DNA of 64,000 nucleotides from a virus, in IMG/VR virus record IMGVR_UViG_3300008108_000323, positions 2,820 through 66,819 of that record. One strand, 5' to 3'. This document shows positions 16,756 to 25,930 of this stretch, in pieces. A model generated the notes under the pieces. That model made no database searches and was not told the origin of the DNA. It worked only from the letters and a program-made list of their open reading frames with translations. Position 1 is the first letter of the stretch, and each line of letters starts with the position of its first letter. The translations under genes and the position numbers were made by a program.

Positions 16756-16993
16756 TACGGTTCAGATTTCTAAATCTGCTACTTACTTACGCAAGGAAGG
16801 ATACCGTAATTGATGGCATATAGTAGTGATGCCTGTTCATGTCGCAAACAACCTGTACCCTTGAGAAACTCGTATTTAAAGATAAGCAGGTTGGCTTCGA
16901 AATAAAAGAGAAGCATGGTTACTGGAAGAACGGATGCATATATGCGATATGGTTTTTACCATTGATTAATGCACAGTAAAGCATCTGTTCTTC
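16756..16993 (+). ncRNA. Putative structured ncRNA
   Basis: No convincing ORF; stems TACGGT/ACCGTA, CAGATTT/AAATCTG, GGCAT/ATGCC, CAACCTG/CAGGTTG, GCTTC/GAAGC, GAAGAACGGATGC/GCATCTGTTCTTC. Confidence 0.5.
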
Positions 16994-17018
16994 TCTTTGA
17001 AAACAAGAAAACTAAACT

Positions 17019-17294
17019 ATGAAAGAAATAAAAGAAGAACCTAAACAAGAAACACTTCAAGAGCTTGCTAAAAAGTATTACCCGCCATACCCTGATGGAA
17101 TAATAACTAATGAAATAATAGCATTGAGAGAAGGGTTTGTAAAAGGATGTCAAGTACAATCAGATAGACTGTACAGTGAGGAAGATATGAAGGACTTTGG
17201 GAAATTTTGTGCTGAGTATGATTACAGATGTTTTGGTAGCAAAACTCAAGATGAAATGCTAAGCATTTGGCTGGAACAATACAAAAAGAAATAA
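17019..17294 (+). CDS. EEPKQET-family hypothetical protein
   Basis: EEPKQETL...YSEEDM...WLEQYKKK; shares blocks with 24753-25433. Confidence 0.7.
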   Translation: MKEIKEEPKQETLQELAKKYYPPYPDGIITNEIIALREGFVKGCQVQSDRLYSEEDMKDFGKFCAEYDYRCFGSKTQDEMLSIWLEQYKKK

Positions 17295-17298
17295 TATC

Positions 17299-17517
17299 AT
17301 GAGTACAATTAAAAAAATACAAAAAGGAGTATCACTGGAAAAAGACTTCAGGGACATGGATGACATGGAAAGACGCATCTTCATTACTTACATTTCGGAG
17401 CATATGCTCCACAACAATAACCACTTCAGAGAGATGGTTGAGATACTCACACGATGGGAACACGAGAGCCCTATACCTTCTCGATTGGACTTTAAACTTC
17501 AGGAAATAATCAAATAA
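17299..17517 (+). CDS. Hypothetical protein
   Basis: ORF in operon. Confidence 0.6.
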   Translation: MSTIKKIQKGVSLEKDFRDMDDMERRIFITYISEHMLHNNNHFREMVEILTRWEHESPIPSRLDFKLQEIIK

Positions 17518-17521
17518 ATTT

Positions 17522-18058
17522 ATGAAACGTAACATTAAAACTCTAGTAATTCATCCGAAGGATCACACAACGGATTTCTTAAGCGTAATTTATGCTGACT
17601 TGGACTGCACTGTTGTTAGTGCTGACACCTCAGACTTCGAACTCAGAATGCTAATCAAAGCTCATGATAGAATCATCATGCTTGGCCACGGTTACCCCGG
17701 TGGTTTGTATGGCCACAACAAACTGGTCATCAACTCTAGCCATGTTGAATTGCTTCGCAATAAAAAACTGGTGGGCATTTGGTGCTTCGCCAACCTCTTC
17801 TTCGAACCCAATGGCTTGCTCGGTATCTACTCTGACATGATCATCTCTGAGATGGAAGAAGCCGAAGTGTTCGGTGTAGACTGCACCGAGGATGAGATTA
17901 ACGAATCCAACTATCAGTTTGCTCTGGCAATTCGTGATGCAATCGTTGATGACTCTCCTGTAGAAACCTTCAAAAGCAACTACCGCAGTGAGAACAACCC
18001 AGTTATAAACTGGAACCAAGACAACTTCTACCATGCGTATGACCTAATCCAAATCTAA
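17522..18058 (+). CDS. Hypothetical protein; possible clan CD (caspase/gingipain-like) peptidase fold
   Basis: IIMLGHG and LVGIWC motifs after hydrophobic strands. Confidence 0.45.
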   Translation: MKRNIKTLVIHPKDHTTDFLSVIYADLDCTVVSADTSDFELRMLIKAHDRIIMLGHGYPGGLYGHNKLVINSSHVELLRNKKLVGIWCFANLFFEPNGLLGIYSDMIISEMEEAEVFGVDCTEDEINESNYQFALAIRDAIVDDSPVETFKSNYRSENNPVINWNQDNFYHAYDLIQI

Positions 18059-18060
18059 CT

Positions 18061-18258
18061 ATGAGCAAAATAACCACTATCAAAGAATTAAGAGAGGCGA
18101 TTGAGAAGTTCAACGATAACGACCTCGTTGTCGTAGAAATCCACGAAGGAGTTCGCCACAACGACCTGTATGATTTCACCATTGATTGGATATCCGACAT
18201 TGATCTCAATGACGGAACTCAAGTATCTAAAGTATCTGAAGTAAGAATATGCATTTAA
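18061..18258 (+). CDS. Hypothetical protein
   Basis: TIKELREAIEKFNDNDLVVV motif typical of small phage proteins. Confidence 0.6.
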   Translation: MSKITTIKELREAIEKFNDNDLVVVEIHEGVRHNDLYDFTIDWISDIDLNDGTQVSKVSEVRICI

Positions 18259-18268
18259 AAATAAACCT

Positions 18269-18826
18269 ATGACACAACTCAGTCTTTTCGAAGGTATTGA
18301 GAACAAGGAGTTCTTAGAGTACCACAAAACTAACCCTCATCTTTATGAGGCTTTCAAACAAGTTGCATTCGATGCAATGAAAATGGGATTCAAAACCTAC
18401 GGAGCCAACGGTATCTTTGAGATCATTCGTTGGAAACGTGCCGAGCAAGGTGACGGAGAATTCAAAATCAACAACAACTATGCTCCGCTGTTCGCCAGAC
18501 TCTTTGCTAATGAGTTCCCTGCGTATGCGGACTTCTTTAGATTTAGAAAGTCTAAGTTCACCAAGTATGTTGATACCCTTCCCAAGGAAGAGAAGACCAC
18601 TCACGAAATCGTTTTCCCATACGAAAAATCTCTGATTATACTGAAGGTCACTCCTACAGAGGATGATTACTGGTGCGCTGTCAACTTTAGCGACCCTGCA
18701 AATGGTATGATGTATTACTTCGATGTTCACTACTCTCGACTGGCGGGTGAGATTTCTGTGTACGTTTACAACGGCAAGAATCTGACTTCAGAAGGTAGAA
18801 CTCCAATTCATAAAGTATATCTATGA
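18269..18826 (+). CDS. Conserved hypothetical phage protein
   Basis: NPHLYEAF...IFEIIRW...FKINNNY...ARLF motifs. Confidence 0.7.
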   Translation: MTQLSLFEGIENKEFLEYHKTNPHLYEAFKQVAFDAMKMGFKTYGANGIFEIIRWKRAEQGDGEFKINNNYAPLFARLFANEFPAYADFFRFRKSKFTKYVDTLPKEEKTTHEIVFPYEKSLIILKVTPTEDDYWCAVNFSDPANGMMYYFDVHYSRLAGEISVYVYNGKNLTSEGRTPIHKVYL

Positions 18827-19050
18827 TCATAGGAGTATATCCATTTGTAATCCTGACAGGTTCAGCAGTGTGGTTTGGCAATCTAACTCACCCTTATCCC
18901 TTTCGATATGTTTACTACTATCAAGAACCTGATCAAACAGTATAGAACTGATGATAGAGTACGGCACAACATCAACCTCGAGATTCGCCAATGGGTTGGT
19001 TACTTCTTTCTCTGGCTCCTTGTTTACATTGTCTACCTAGTGTTATTGTA

Positions 19051-19383
19051 ATGGAACTACGTATCAAGAAAAAGAACGTGGTCGTGGTTAATGTAGATAT
19101 TAGCCAAGACCAATATCAGAAACTCAAAAAGGTTGCTGATGAAAACGGATTCAAGACTCCTTCGGTGTTGCTTGATGACATCGTACACTCCTACTTAAGT
19201 AGGAATCGTATGAGGTTGGCAAGGACAACGAAGGAGTTCGAGAAGAAGATAACCATGCCAGTTCAGATATCTCAAAAGAACTTCGAAGCTTTGGTTAAAT
19301 ATTCAGAGGCTACTAAAATTTCAAAAACAACATTCATTCACCTTATCCTAAGGGAAATTCTAAAAAAGATTAAAGATCAATGA
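19051..19383 (+). CDS. Tandem ribbon-helix-helix DNA-binding protein
   Basis: Two beta-helix-helix units (VVNVDISQDQYQKL; ITMPVQISQKNFEAL). Confidence 0.55.
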   Translation: MELRIKKKNVVVVNVDISQDQYQKLKKVADENGFKTPSVLLDDIVHSYLSRNRMRLARTTKEFEKKITMPVQISQKNFEALVKYSEATKISKTTFIHLILREILKKIKDQ

Positions 19384-20069
19384 AAAGAGCAGTGTATTAC
19401 ACTCGTGTGTCTCATGACAATCAAGTTGAAGATGGTTCATCATTAGAAAATCAAGATGATAGAATCAAAAAGTTCTGCGAGCTTCACAATTATCAAATTG
19501 TAGGTTCGTTTTCTGACCCCGGGGTCTCTGGTCGTAAGTTTGAAAACCGTCCTGACTTCATGAAGATGATCAAAATGGTCGACAAACATCAAACCGATGT
19601 AGTCATCGTCTATAGCCTTTCTCGTTTTGGCAGAAACGTGAAGGACACCTTGAAGTGGATTGCTTATCTCGAAGCCAAAGGAGTAGCCTTTTATACTCTT
19701 GACTTCCAGATCGACACCACCACTTCCCATGGGAAGCTAATGCTTCAGATGATGGCTGCCTTCGCTGAGTTTGAAAGCAACCAACGTGGTGAACTGATTC
19801 AATCAGTAATGAAGTATCTCAAGAAAGAGCAGAAGGTTTACTGTGGCCCAACTCCTTTAGGGTTTGATAAGAAGGACGGAAGACTGGTGGTGAACGAAGA
19901 AGAGATGACTCTTGTCCGAAAGATATTTCTTTGGCATCCTAAGTTCTCCTACTCCACCATTGCCAGTATGTGCAATGAGTCAGGCTACAAAACCAAAAAA
20001 GGTAAGAAGTTCTGGCACACAACAATTGAAAAAATCGTAAATAATAATATCTATGAGCAGCATCTCTAA
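19380..20069 (+). CDS. Serine recombinase (resolvase catalytic domain plus short recombinase domain)
   Basis: YTRVS catalytic motif, DPGVSG, RPDF, SLSRFGR, AFAEFE, PLGF. Confidence 0.92.
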   Translation: MKRAVYYTRVSHDNQVEDGSSLENQDDRIKKFCELHNYQIVGSFSDPGVSGRKFENRPDFMKMIKMVDKHQTDVVIVYSLSRFGRNVKDTLKWIAYLEAKGVAFYTLDFQIDTTTSHGKLMLQMMAAFAEFESNQRGELIQSVMKYLKKEQKVYCGPTPLGFDKKDGRLVVNEEEMTLVRKIFLWHPKFSYSTIASMCNESGYKTKKGKKFWHTTIEKIVNNNIYEQHL

Positions 20070-20250
20070 ACGAAATCCAAAGTTTTACAGCGCCAGTATT
20101 GTCCAAGCGTTTGTAAATGGTACTTGGTACTATCGCCTGTACATTAATCAAGACAAGATCCAAGACTGCGAGAGCCTACCTGAGGCTGTGCGCCTTCTTG
20201 AAAAACTAGTAGTGACTGAGGAGAACACCAATGACGAACGAAACAATTAG
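20053..20250 (+). CDS. Hypothetical protein
   Basis: ORF in operon. Confidence 0.5.
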   Translation: MSSISKRNPKFYSASIVQAFVNGTWYYRLYINQDKIQDCESLPEAVRLLEKLVVTEENTNDERNN

Positions 20251-20554
20251 AATTTACACTCAAGGCGGTTTTGTCTTTGAGGTTAGCTATGACTGGGTAC
20301 TTACTCACATGAGTCAGCATCAGTTTGTCCATACTCCGAATCGCAAATCTTTGAGAAACAAGATGGATGTTTTGGAATATGTGCGTAACCTATCATGGCC
20401 CGAGATCATGGAGCAACTTAAGTTCGTGGGAATAATTGAAGACTCAAGTCAAGATACCCTGAAGGATTCTGTCTTGGACTTAGTCGACAACCCTCTGAAC
20501 TACGCACCTACCAAGCTAAAGAACATGCAATTTAAACTCACCAAAATAACCTGA
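20231..20554 (+). CDS. Hypothetical protein
   Basis: ORF in operon. Confidence 0.6.
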   Translation: MTNETIRIYTQGGFVFEVSYDWVLTHMSQHQFVHTPNRKSLRNKMDVLEYVRNLSWPEIMEQLKFVGIIEDSSQDTLKDSVLDLVDNPLNYAPTKLKNMQFKLTKIT

Positions 20555-20556
20555 CC

Positions 20557-20928
20557 ATGACGGACGATCAAATACTATTGTATACAATCGCTGAAATTTT
20601 ACTCGAAGTAAATCTCCCTCTCGAGAAGAAAGAACGTATCCGCAACGCCATGTGTGGTATTTACGCACACGCACCCGAGCAAACCGAATTGACAGTCAAG
20701 AGCAAAAGGTTTGAAGTACCTGCGATCTCAGATGTGAAATCTCACATGGAAAGTTTACAGGTAGTCAACGCTGAACGACACTCTGCTGAGTTCTGGCACT
20801 TCTATGAATCCAAGGGTTGGATGGTTGGTAAAAACAAAATGAAGAACTGGAAATCAGCAGCCAGTAGATGGTGTATGGAATTACCTCGAGGTGGTTCCGA
20901 ACAAGTGAAGAAGAGGATAATCGTATGA
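20557..20928 (+). CDS. Replication-associated protein (Bacteroidota phage YESKGWxVGKNKMKNWK domain)
   Basis: FWHFYESKGWMVGKNKMKNWKSAASRW; directly upstream of primase-helicase. Confidence 0.65.
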   Translation: MTDDQILLYTIAEILLEVNLPLEKKERIRNAMCGIYAHAPEQTELTVKSKRFEVPAISDVKSHMESLQVVNAERHSAEFWHFYESKGWMVGKNKMKNWKSAASRWCMELPRGGSEQVKKRIIV

Positions 20929-22652
20929 GTTACGTTGCAGATTTTAACAGACTGGGGATCGATACCAAGGGTAAATTCTCAGGCTTTGGTAAGACCGTGT
21001 GTCCTCGTTGCGCCCATCTAAGGAAAAAGTCAAGTGAGCCAAGTCTATCGTTCAACATCGATGAAGGCTGGTACAAGTGTCATCACTGCCAATGGAAGGG
21101 ATCTGTTGTAGAACAGAAATACACTCGGCCCGAAAGCGTTGGTGATGCGTTGGATCCTCAAGTCTACCAGTTTTTTACTGACCGTGGCATAGACTACGAA
21201 ACCGTCAACCAATTTAAAGTTACGCAAAGCGTAGAGAAAATGTCTGACGGCAAGCAGCACAAGACAATTAACTTTAACTATTGGGATGGTGATGTTCTCA
21301 TCAACGTAAAGTACAAAACCAAGGACAAGCAGTTCAAAATGGTTTCCGGAGCCAAAAAGATTCCGTACAATTTGAACGCTATCAAGAACAGCGACACGAT
21401 TATTATCTGTGAAGGGGAAGAGGAGACGATGTGTTGGCACGTCGCAGGTTATCCTTTTGCTGTGAGCTGTCCTGCGGGAGCCAGTACTGGAAACAACAAC
21501 CTCGAATGGTTAGACAATAGCTACAGCTACTTCGAAGGTAAGAAGATTTACTTGGCTACAGATAGCGATGGGCCGGGGAAGAAACTGAAGGAAGATTTAT
21601 CTCGAAGGTTTGAACCTTGTGATGTCTTTGTGATCGAGTTTACTGAACACAAAGATGCCAATGACTATCTGAAAGCAAAGGGTAAGCAATCTTTGGTGAG
21701 TTTGTTTGAGCAAGCTAAGCCACTTCCAATTCCTGAGATTTCAACTGTCGATGACTTCAGAAGTGAACTTATGGATATCTATGAAAATGGGTATCCTGTT
21801 GGTGATACTGTTGGTTATCCGGAGTTCGATGAACTGTTGACTTGGAAGCGTGGTCAGTTTGTAGTTGTTAGCGGAGTCCCCGGCTCAGGAAAATCTACAT
21901 TCGTAGATCAAATCTGTTTGAGGCTGGCGCTGCGTAAAAACTGGAAGTTTGCCATGTTCTCTCCGGAGAATGACAACGTACTTAAAAGTATCAGATTGGC
22001 TGAACAGATTACTGGTCAAGCTGTGGCTGGCCCTAATCAAAAGAAAATGCCTAAGCCAATGTACGAACGTGCTCTCACCTACATCAACAACCATTTTTCT
22101 TTCTACGATACTGCAAACCTAGACGATTTTAAAATCGACAACCTACTTCGAATAGCTAAATCGCTGATTCGACAGAAGGGCGTTGACGGTATTGTTTTGG
22201 ATCCGTTCAATTACATTGAGCATGACAACCAGAACGATATCATGAATGAGAAAATCGGCAGGATGCTTGTCAAAATTAAAAAGTTTGCTATCACGCATAA
22301 GGTGATGATCTTACTTGTGGCGCACCCGAAGAAGATGCAGAAGAGCAAGTCTGGCAACCAGTACGAAGTACCTCGCTTGTATGACATCAGCGGATCTCAC
22401 CACTTCTTCAACGTAACCGACAATGGTTTCGTGGTTCATCGTGACTACGATACTGGCCTTGTCGATGTTTATGTTCAGAAGGTGAAGCACTATTTCATGG
22501 GCAAGCTTGGGTATGCAACATTTGACTTTGACCCAACCACTGGAAGATACAAAGAATTAAGTCAAGATTTTTTTGAAAACGAATTACATCACTATGATCA
22601 AACCGATGTCTTTAATCAGGCTCCTCAATTACCTGATTGGCCAGAAATATGA
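20925..22652 (+). CDS. DNA primase-helicase (T7 gp4/Twinkle-like)
   Basis: Zn finger CPRC...CHHC, TOPRIM (ICEGE, DSDGPG, KDAND), Walker A GVPGSGKS, LDP, VAHP, SGS. Confidence 0.93.
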   Translation: MSYVADFNRLGIDTKGKFSGFGKTVCPRCAHLRKKSSEPSLSFNIDEGWYKCHHCQWKGSVVEQKYTRPESVGDALDPQVYQFFTDRGIDYETVNQFKVTQSVEKMSDGKQHKTINFNYWDGDVLINVKYKTKDKQFKMVSGAKKIPYNLNAIKNSDTIIICEGEEETMCWHVAGYPFAVSCPAGASTGNNNLEWLDNSYSYFEGKKIYLATDSDGPGKKLKEDLSRRFEPCDVFVIEFTEHKDANDYLKAKGKQSLVSLFEQAKPLPIPEISTVDDFRSELMDIYENGYPVGDTVGYPEFDELLTWKRGQFVVVSGVPGSGKSTFVDQICLRLALRKNWKFAMFSPENDNVLKSIRLAEQITGQAVAGPNQKKMPKPMYERALTYINNHFSFYDTANLDDFKIDNLLRIAKSLIRQKGVDGIVLDPFNYIEHDNQNDIMNEKIGRMLVKIKKFAITHKVMILLVAHPKKMQKSKSGNQYEVPRLYDISGSHHFFNVTDNGFVVHRDYDTGLVDVYVQKVKHYFMGKLGYATFDFDPTTGRYKELSQDFFENELHHYDQTDVFNQAPQLPDWPEI

Positions 22653-22908
22653 AGTTGAGCATGTGAACCTATCACCGACCTCAATGAGAGGTGTGGTGAC
22701 ACTGTTCAGAAGAATTAAAATCTATGAGGTAAGGTTCTTTGATACCTATCTAGTAATCTACATCCAGTCAAAACCTATCAAGGTTTTTTCGGAAGGTTGG
22801 ATAAGCAGAAACGGACAGGAACTTTACATGGATACGACAACTAACACAATGTACCACGACACAATAATAAAATACAAAACAAATGAATACGGTAGTATAC
22901 GACATTGA
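22594..22908 (+). CDS. Hypothetical protein
   Basis: ORF bridging helicase and polymerase; start uncertain. Confidence 0.5.
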   Translation: MIKPMSLIRLLNYLIGQKYEVEHVNLSPTSMRGVVTLFRRIKIYEVRFFDTYLVIYIQSKPIKVFSEGWISRNGQELYMDTTTNTMYHDTIIKYKTNEYGSIRH

Positions 22909-24739
22909 GATATTCCCTAATTTTTTCTCCTACACGGACATCGACATCAAAACCAAAGAGACAAATATATTTGTCCTTCACGAAAGCCGAGATGATCTAA
23001 ACAAACTTTACAAGTACCTGATGGAACCAAGGTATCGAATTGGGTACAACAACGTTCATTTTGACCGTGTTGTTTGTGATTTGATCACAGATAACATTCA
23101 CAAAATGAAATCGTTTCCCACTAAAACGTATCTAGTTCATCTGTACAACAAAGTGCAGAACATGATGCGCGAAGAGCAGCGTGAGTTCTACAAGGGTGAG
23201 ACTGAGATCGATTTGTTTCTGATGAATCACTTCAACAACAAGAGTAAGATGACATCACTCAAAGCTTTGCAGTGTAGTATATTCTGGCCAGTGGTTCAGG
23301 ATATGCCTTTTCACCACACAACCATGGTCACCGAGGAAATGATTCCCGAGATCCTAGAGTACAATATGAACGATGTTCTGAGTACCCAAGCCTTCTTTGA
23401 AATCTGCAAAGACCAACTCACCTTCAGAAAAGAACTGGGTAAGTTGAACAAGCGTTTCATGCTGAACATGCCAGACATTGCAATCGGCGAGGAAATCTTT
23501 CTCAAGGCGATTCGCAAGGAGTTTGGATTGAGCAAGAAAGAACTAAGGGACGCTGTTCAGTTTGACAAAACCATTGACTTAAATAAATGCATTCTGCCGT
23601 ACGTAAAGTTTGAAAGTGCAGCATTCCAAGAATTGCTGAATAAAGTCAAGTGGACGGTAGTTTCTGACGCACAGAAGCTAAAATACAATGTCAAGTACAA
23701 AGGCTTTCAGTATGACTACGGAGTTGGGGGTGTCCATGGATGTATCGAACCGGGGGTTTATTGCAGCGATGACAACTATATCATTATAGATATTGATGTG
23801 AAGAGTTACTATCCAAACCTTGCCATTCAAAATGACCTGCACCCAAAGCACATTCCTCAAGCAGCGTTTGTAGAAACGTACAAGAGTCTCTTTGAAAAAC
23901 GTGTCGAGGCACAGAAAGCCAAGAACAAAACAGAAGATGCAGGTTTGAAGCTTGCTCTCAATGGAGTGTTTGGTAAAACTGGTGAGGTTACTTCAGCCTT
24001 CTACGATCGTTACTACTTCTATTCGATTACTTTGAATGGACAGCTGTTGCTTTCTATGTTGGCTGAGAAGTTCGTAGACAACGTTCCCGGCTTGGAAATG
24101 CTTCAAATCAATACCGATGGTATTACGATCCGAATCCCCAGAGACAAAGTTCACATCGTAGAAGAGATTAGCGAGGAGTGGTGCAAGCAAACCAAGTTAA
24201 TTCTTGAGTCAGTGGAGTATTCGAAGATGGTAATCCGTGATGTAAACAACTATCTGGCCATAAGCATGGACGGTAAAGTCAAAAAGAAAGGTATATTTGA
24301 AACCGAAAAGCAACTGCACAAAGACAACTCATTCCTCATTGTACCAAAAGCTCTTGAAGCTTACTATGTAAGCGGTGTGCCAATTGAAGAAACTGTAAAG
24401 AACAGCAAGAACATCTATGATTTTTGTGGTAGATACAAGGCGTACAGTGGGTGGTCAGCGGTGTTCAACTACTTGGATAAGGAGAAAAACAAAGTTATTC
24501 AAGAGAACCATGGTAAGATGCTCCGGTTTTTCCCAGTGATAAAAGGTGGTGGTACATCCCTCAAGGTAAACGTTGACGGACGAGTGCATAGCCTTTTAGC
24601 CAACCAGAAAACCATGAAGTTCAATCGTTACTATGAACCTGAGAACTTCGAAGACTACAACATCAACTATGAGTTTTTTGTAACTGAATGTTTGAAGATC
24701 ATTGATGTCGTTGAACCTAAACAACTAAAACTATTTTAA
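22883..24739 (+). CDS. DNA polymerase, family B (crAss-like)
   Basis: Exo YDIE, GYNN, YNMND; Pol DVKSYYP, KLALNGVFGK, NTDG, KKKG. Confidence 0.92.
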   Translation: MNTVVYDIEIFPNFFSYTDIDIKTKETNIFVLHESRDDLNKLYKYLMEPRYRIGYNNVHFDRVVCDLITDNIHKMKSFPTKTYLVHLYNKVQNMMREEQREFYKGETEIDLFLMNHFNNKSKMTSLKALQCSIFWPVVQDMPFHHTTMVTEEMIPEILEYNMNDVLSTQAFFEICKDQLTFRKELGKLNKRFMLNMPDIAIGEEIFLKAIRKEFGLSKKELRDAVQFDKTIDLNKCILPYVKFESAAFQELLNKVKWTVVSDAQKLKYNVKYKGFQYDYGVGGVHGCIEPGVYCSDDNYIIIDIDVKSYYPNLAIQNDLHPKHIPQAAFVETYKSLFEKRVEAQKAKNKTEDAGLKLALNGVFGKTGEVTSAFYDRYYFYSITLNGQLLLSMLAEKFVDNVPGLEMLQINTDGITIRIPRDKVHIVEEISEEWCKQTKLILESVEYSKMVIRDVNNYLAISMDGKVKKKGIFETEKQLHKDNSFLIVPKALEAYYVSGVPIEETVKNSKNIYDFCGRYKAYSGWSAVFNYLDKEKNKVIQENHGKMLRFFPVIKGGGTSLKVNVDGRVHSLLANQKTMKFNRYYEPENFEDYNINYEFFVTECLKIIDVVEPKQLKLF

Positions 24740-24752
24740 AGAAGAATGTTAT

Positions 24753-25433
24753 ATGAAGAACATATATTTACTAGCAACAGATAAGCCAAGTATACTGCAT
24801 GAGTTTGGCGGTCAATTCCACATTGAAGCAAGTCTACAAGAAAACTTTAGGAGCCATCACATCTACATCACTTCTAATGAAGAAATTAAAGAAGGAGATT
24901 ATTATTACAATTCTTTAGACAATGCAGTAAGAAAGAACAACACTATAAACCATAAATATCATCACAAAATCATCCTAACAACAGACCCAGACTTAATCAA
25001 TGATGGTGTACAAGCTATTGATGATAAGTTCCTTGAGTGGTTTGTTAAGAACCCAAGTTGTGAGAGTGTTGATGTAATTTTTGACTATAAAAGGTTTAGA
25101 TGGAGTGAATTGGATAAATCCCAATGTTACAAAATCATCAAACCACAAGAAGAACCTAAACAAGAAACAATTGAAGAAGCTGCTGGAAAATCATTTGAAG
25201 AAATATGGGCATCGCTAACAACGGAACAGTCTGAATACTTAAAAGGTTATATTAACAAAAAGGTAGATGAAGCTAAAAAATGGCAAGCAGAAAGAATGTA
25301 CAGTGAGGAAGAAGTTATAAGACTGTTACAAATGTACAGGTGTGATTTATCTGCCGGTGTGACCCCTAATATAGGCGACACCACACCGACATGGTTTGAA
25401 CAATTTAAAAAGCAGAAGGAGAACCTAAAATGA
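24753..25433 (+). CDS. EEPKQET-family hypothetical protein
   Basis: KIILTTDPDLINDGVQAIDD...EEPKQETIEEAA...WQAERMYSEEEV. Confidence 0.75.
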   Translation: MKNIYLLATDKPSILHEFGGQFHIEASLQENFRSHHIYITSNEEIKEGDYYYNSLDNAVRKNNTINHKYHHKIILTTDPDLINDGVQAIDDKFLEWFVKNPSCESVDVIFDYKRFRWSELDKSQCYKIIKPQEEPKQETIEEAAGKSFEEIWASLTTEQSEYLKGYINKKVDEAKKWQAERMYSEEEVIRLLQMYRCDLSAGVTPNIGDTTPTWFEQFKKQKENLK

Positions 25434-25930
25434 AAAACGTACAAGAGTACACGATGGAGATCATTGACATCGTGATGAAGGCTGCCAATATCGAAGATAT
25501 CTACAAGCACAAGATTCTCAAACAAATCTACAAAAATGAATCCTATCGCAAGTTCAAAACCAGAATCCTAGTCGATAAGAAATCAATGGCTCCCAGAAAG
25601 CCTCAGGTCAAGTTGGTTTTTCATACGCTTCCGGCCAGCATTCAAAGAATCATAATACTTTCTTGTCAAGAGAATGAGGTCGATTTGGAAGTGTTTTGCA
25701 GCAACACCAGAAAGGAAGAGGTCCTTGAAGCACAGCGAATGGTGATATTCTTTCTTCACAAGAAAGTGGGTTACAATTCAGTAAGAGTTGCAATGTGGTT
25801 CATGAAGCATCACAGTACAATTCTGCATGCATGCAACGTACACGAAACAAGGATAGAAACGGAAAAGATATATACCGCTATCTACAAAAGGTTTAGCGAA
25901 GAAGCGATGAAGATTATTTCTGAAGCTTAA
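25430..25930 (+). CDS. DnaA C-terminal-like HTH DNA-binding protein
   Basis: RKEEVLEAQRMVIFFL...KHHSTILHA resembles the DnaA domain IV (DHTTV) motif. Confidence 0.7.
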   Translation: MKNVQEYTMEIIDIVMKAANIEDIYKHKILKQIYKNESYRKFKTRILVDKKSMAPRKPQVKLVFHTLPASIQRIIILSCQENEVDLEVFCSNTRKEEVLEAQRMVIFFLHKKVGYNSVRVAMWFMKHHSTILHACNVHETRIETEKIYTAIYKRFSEEAMKIISEA

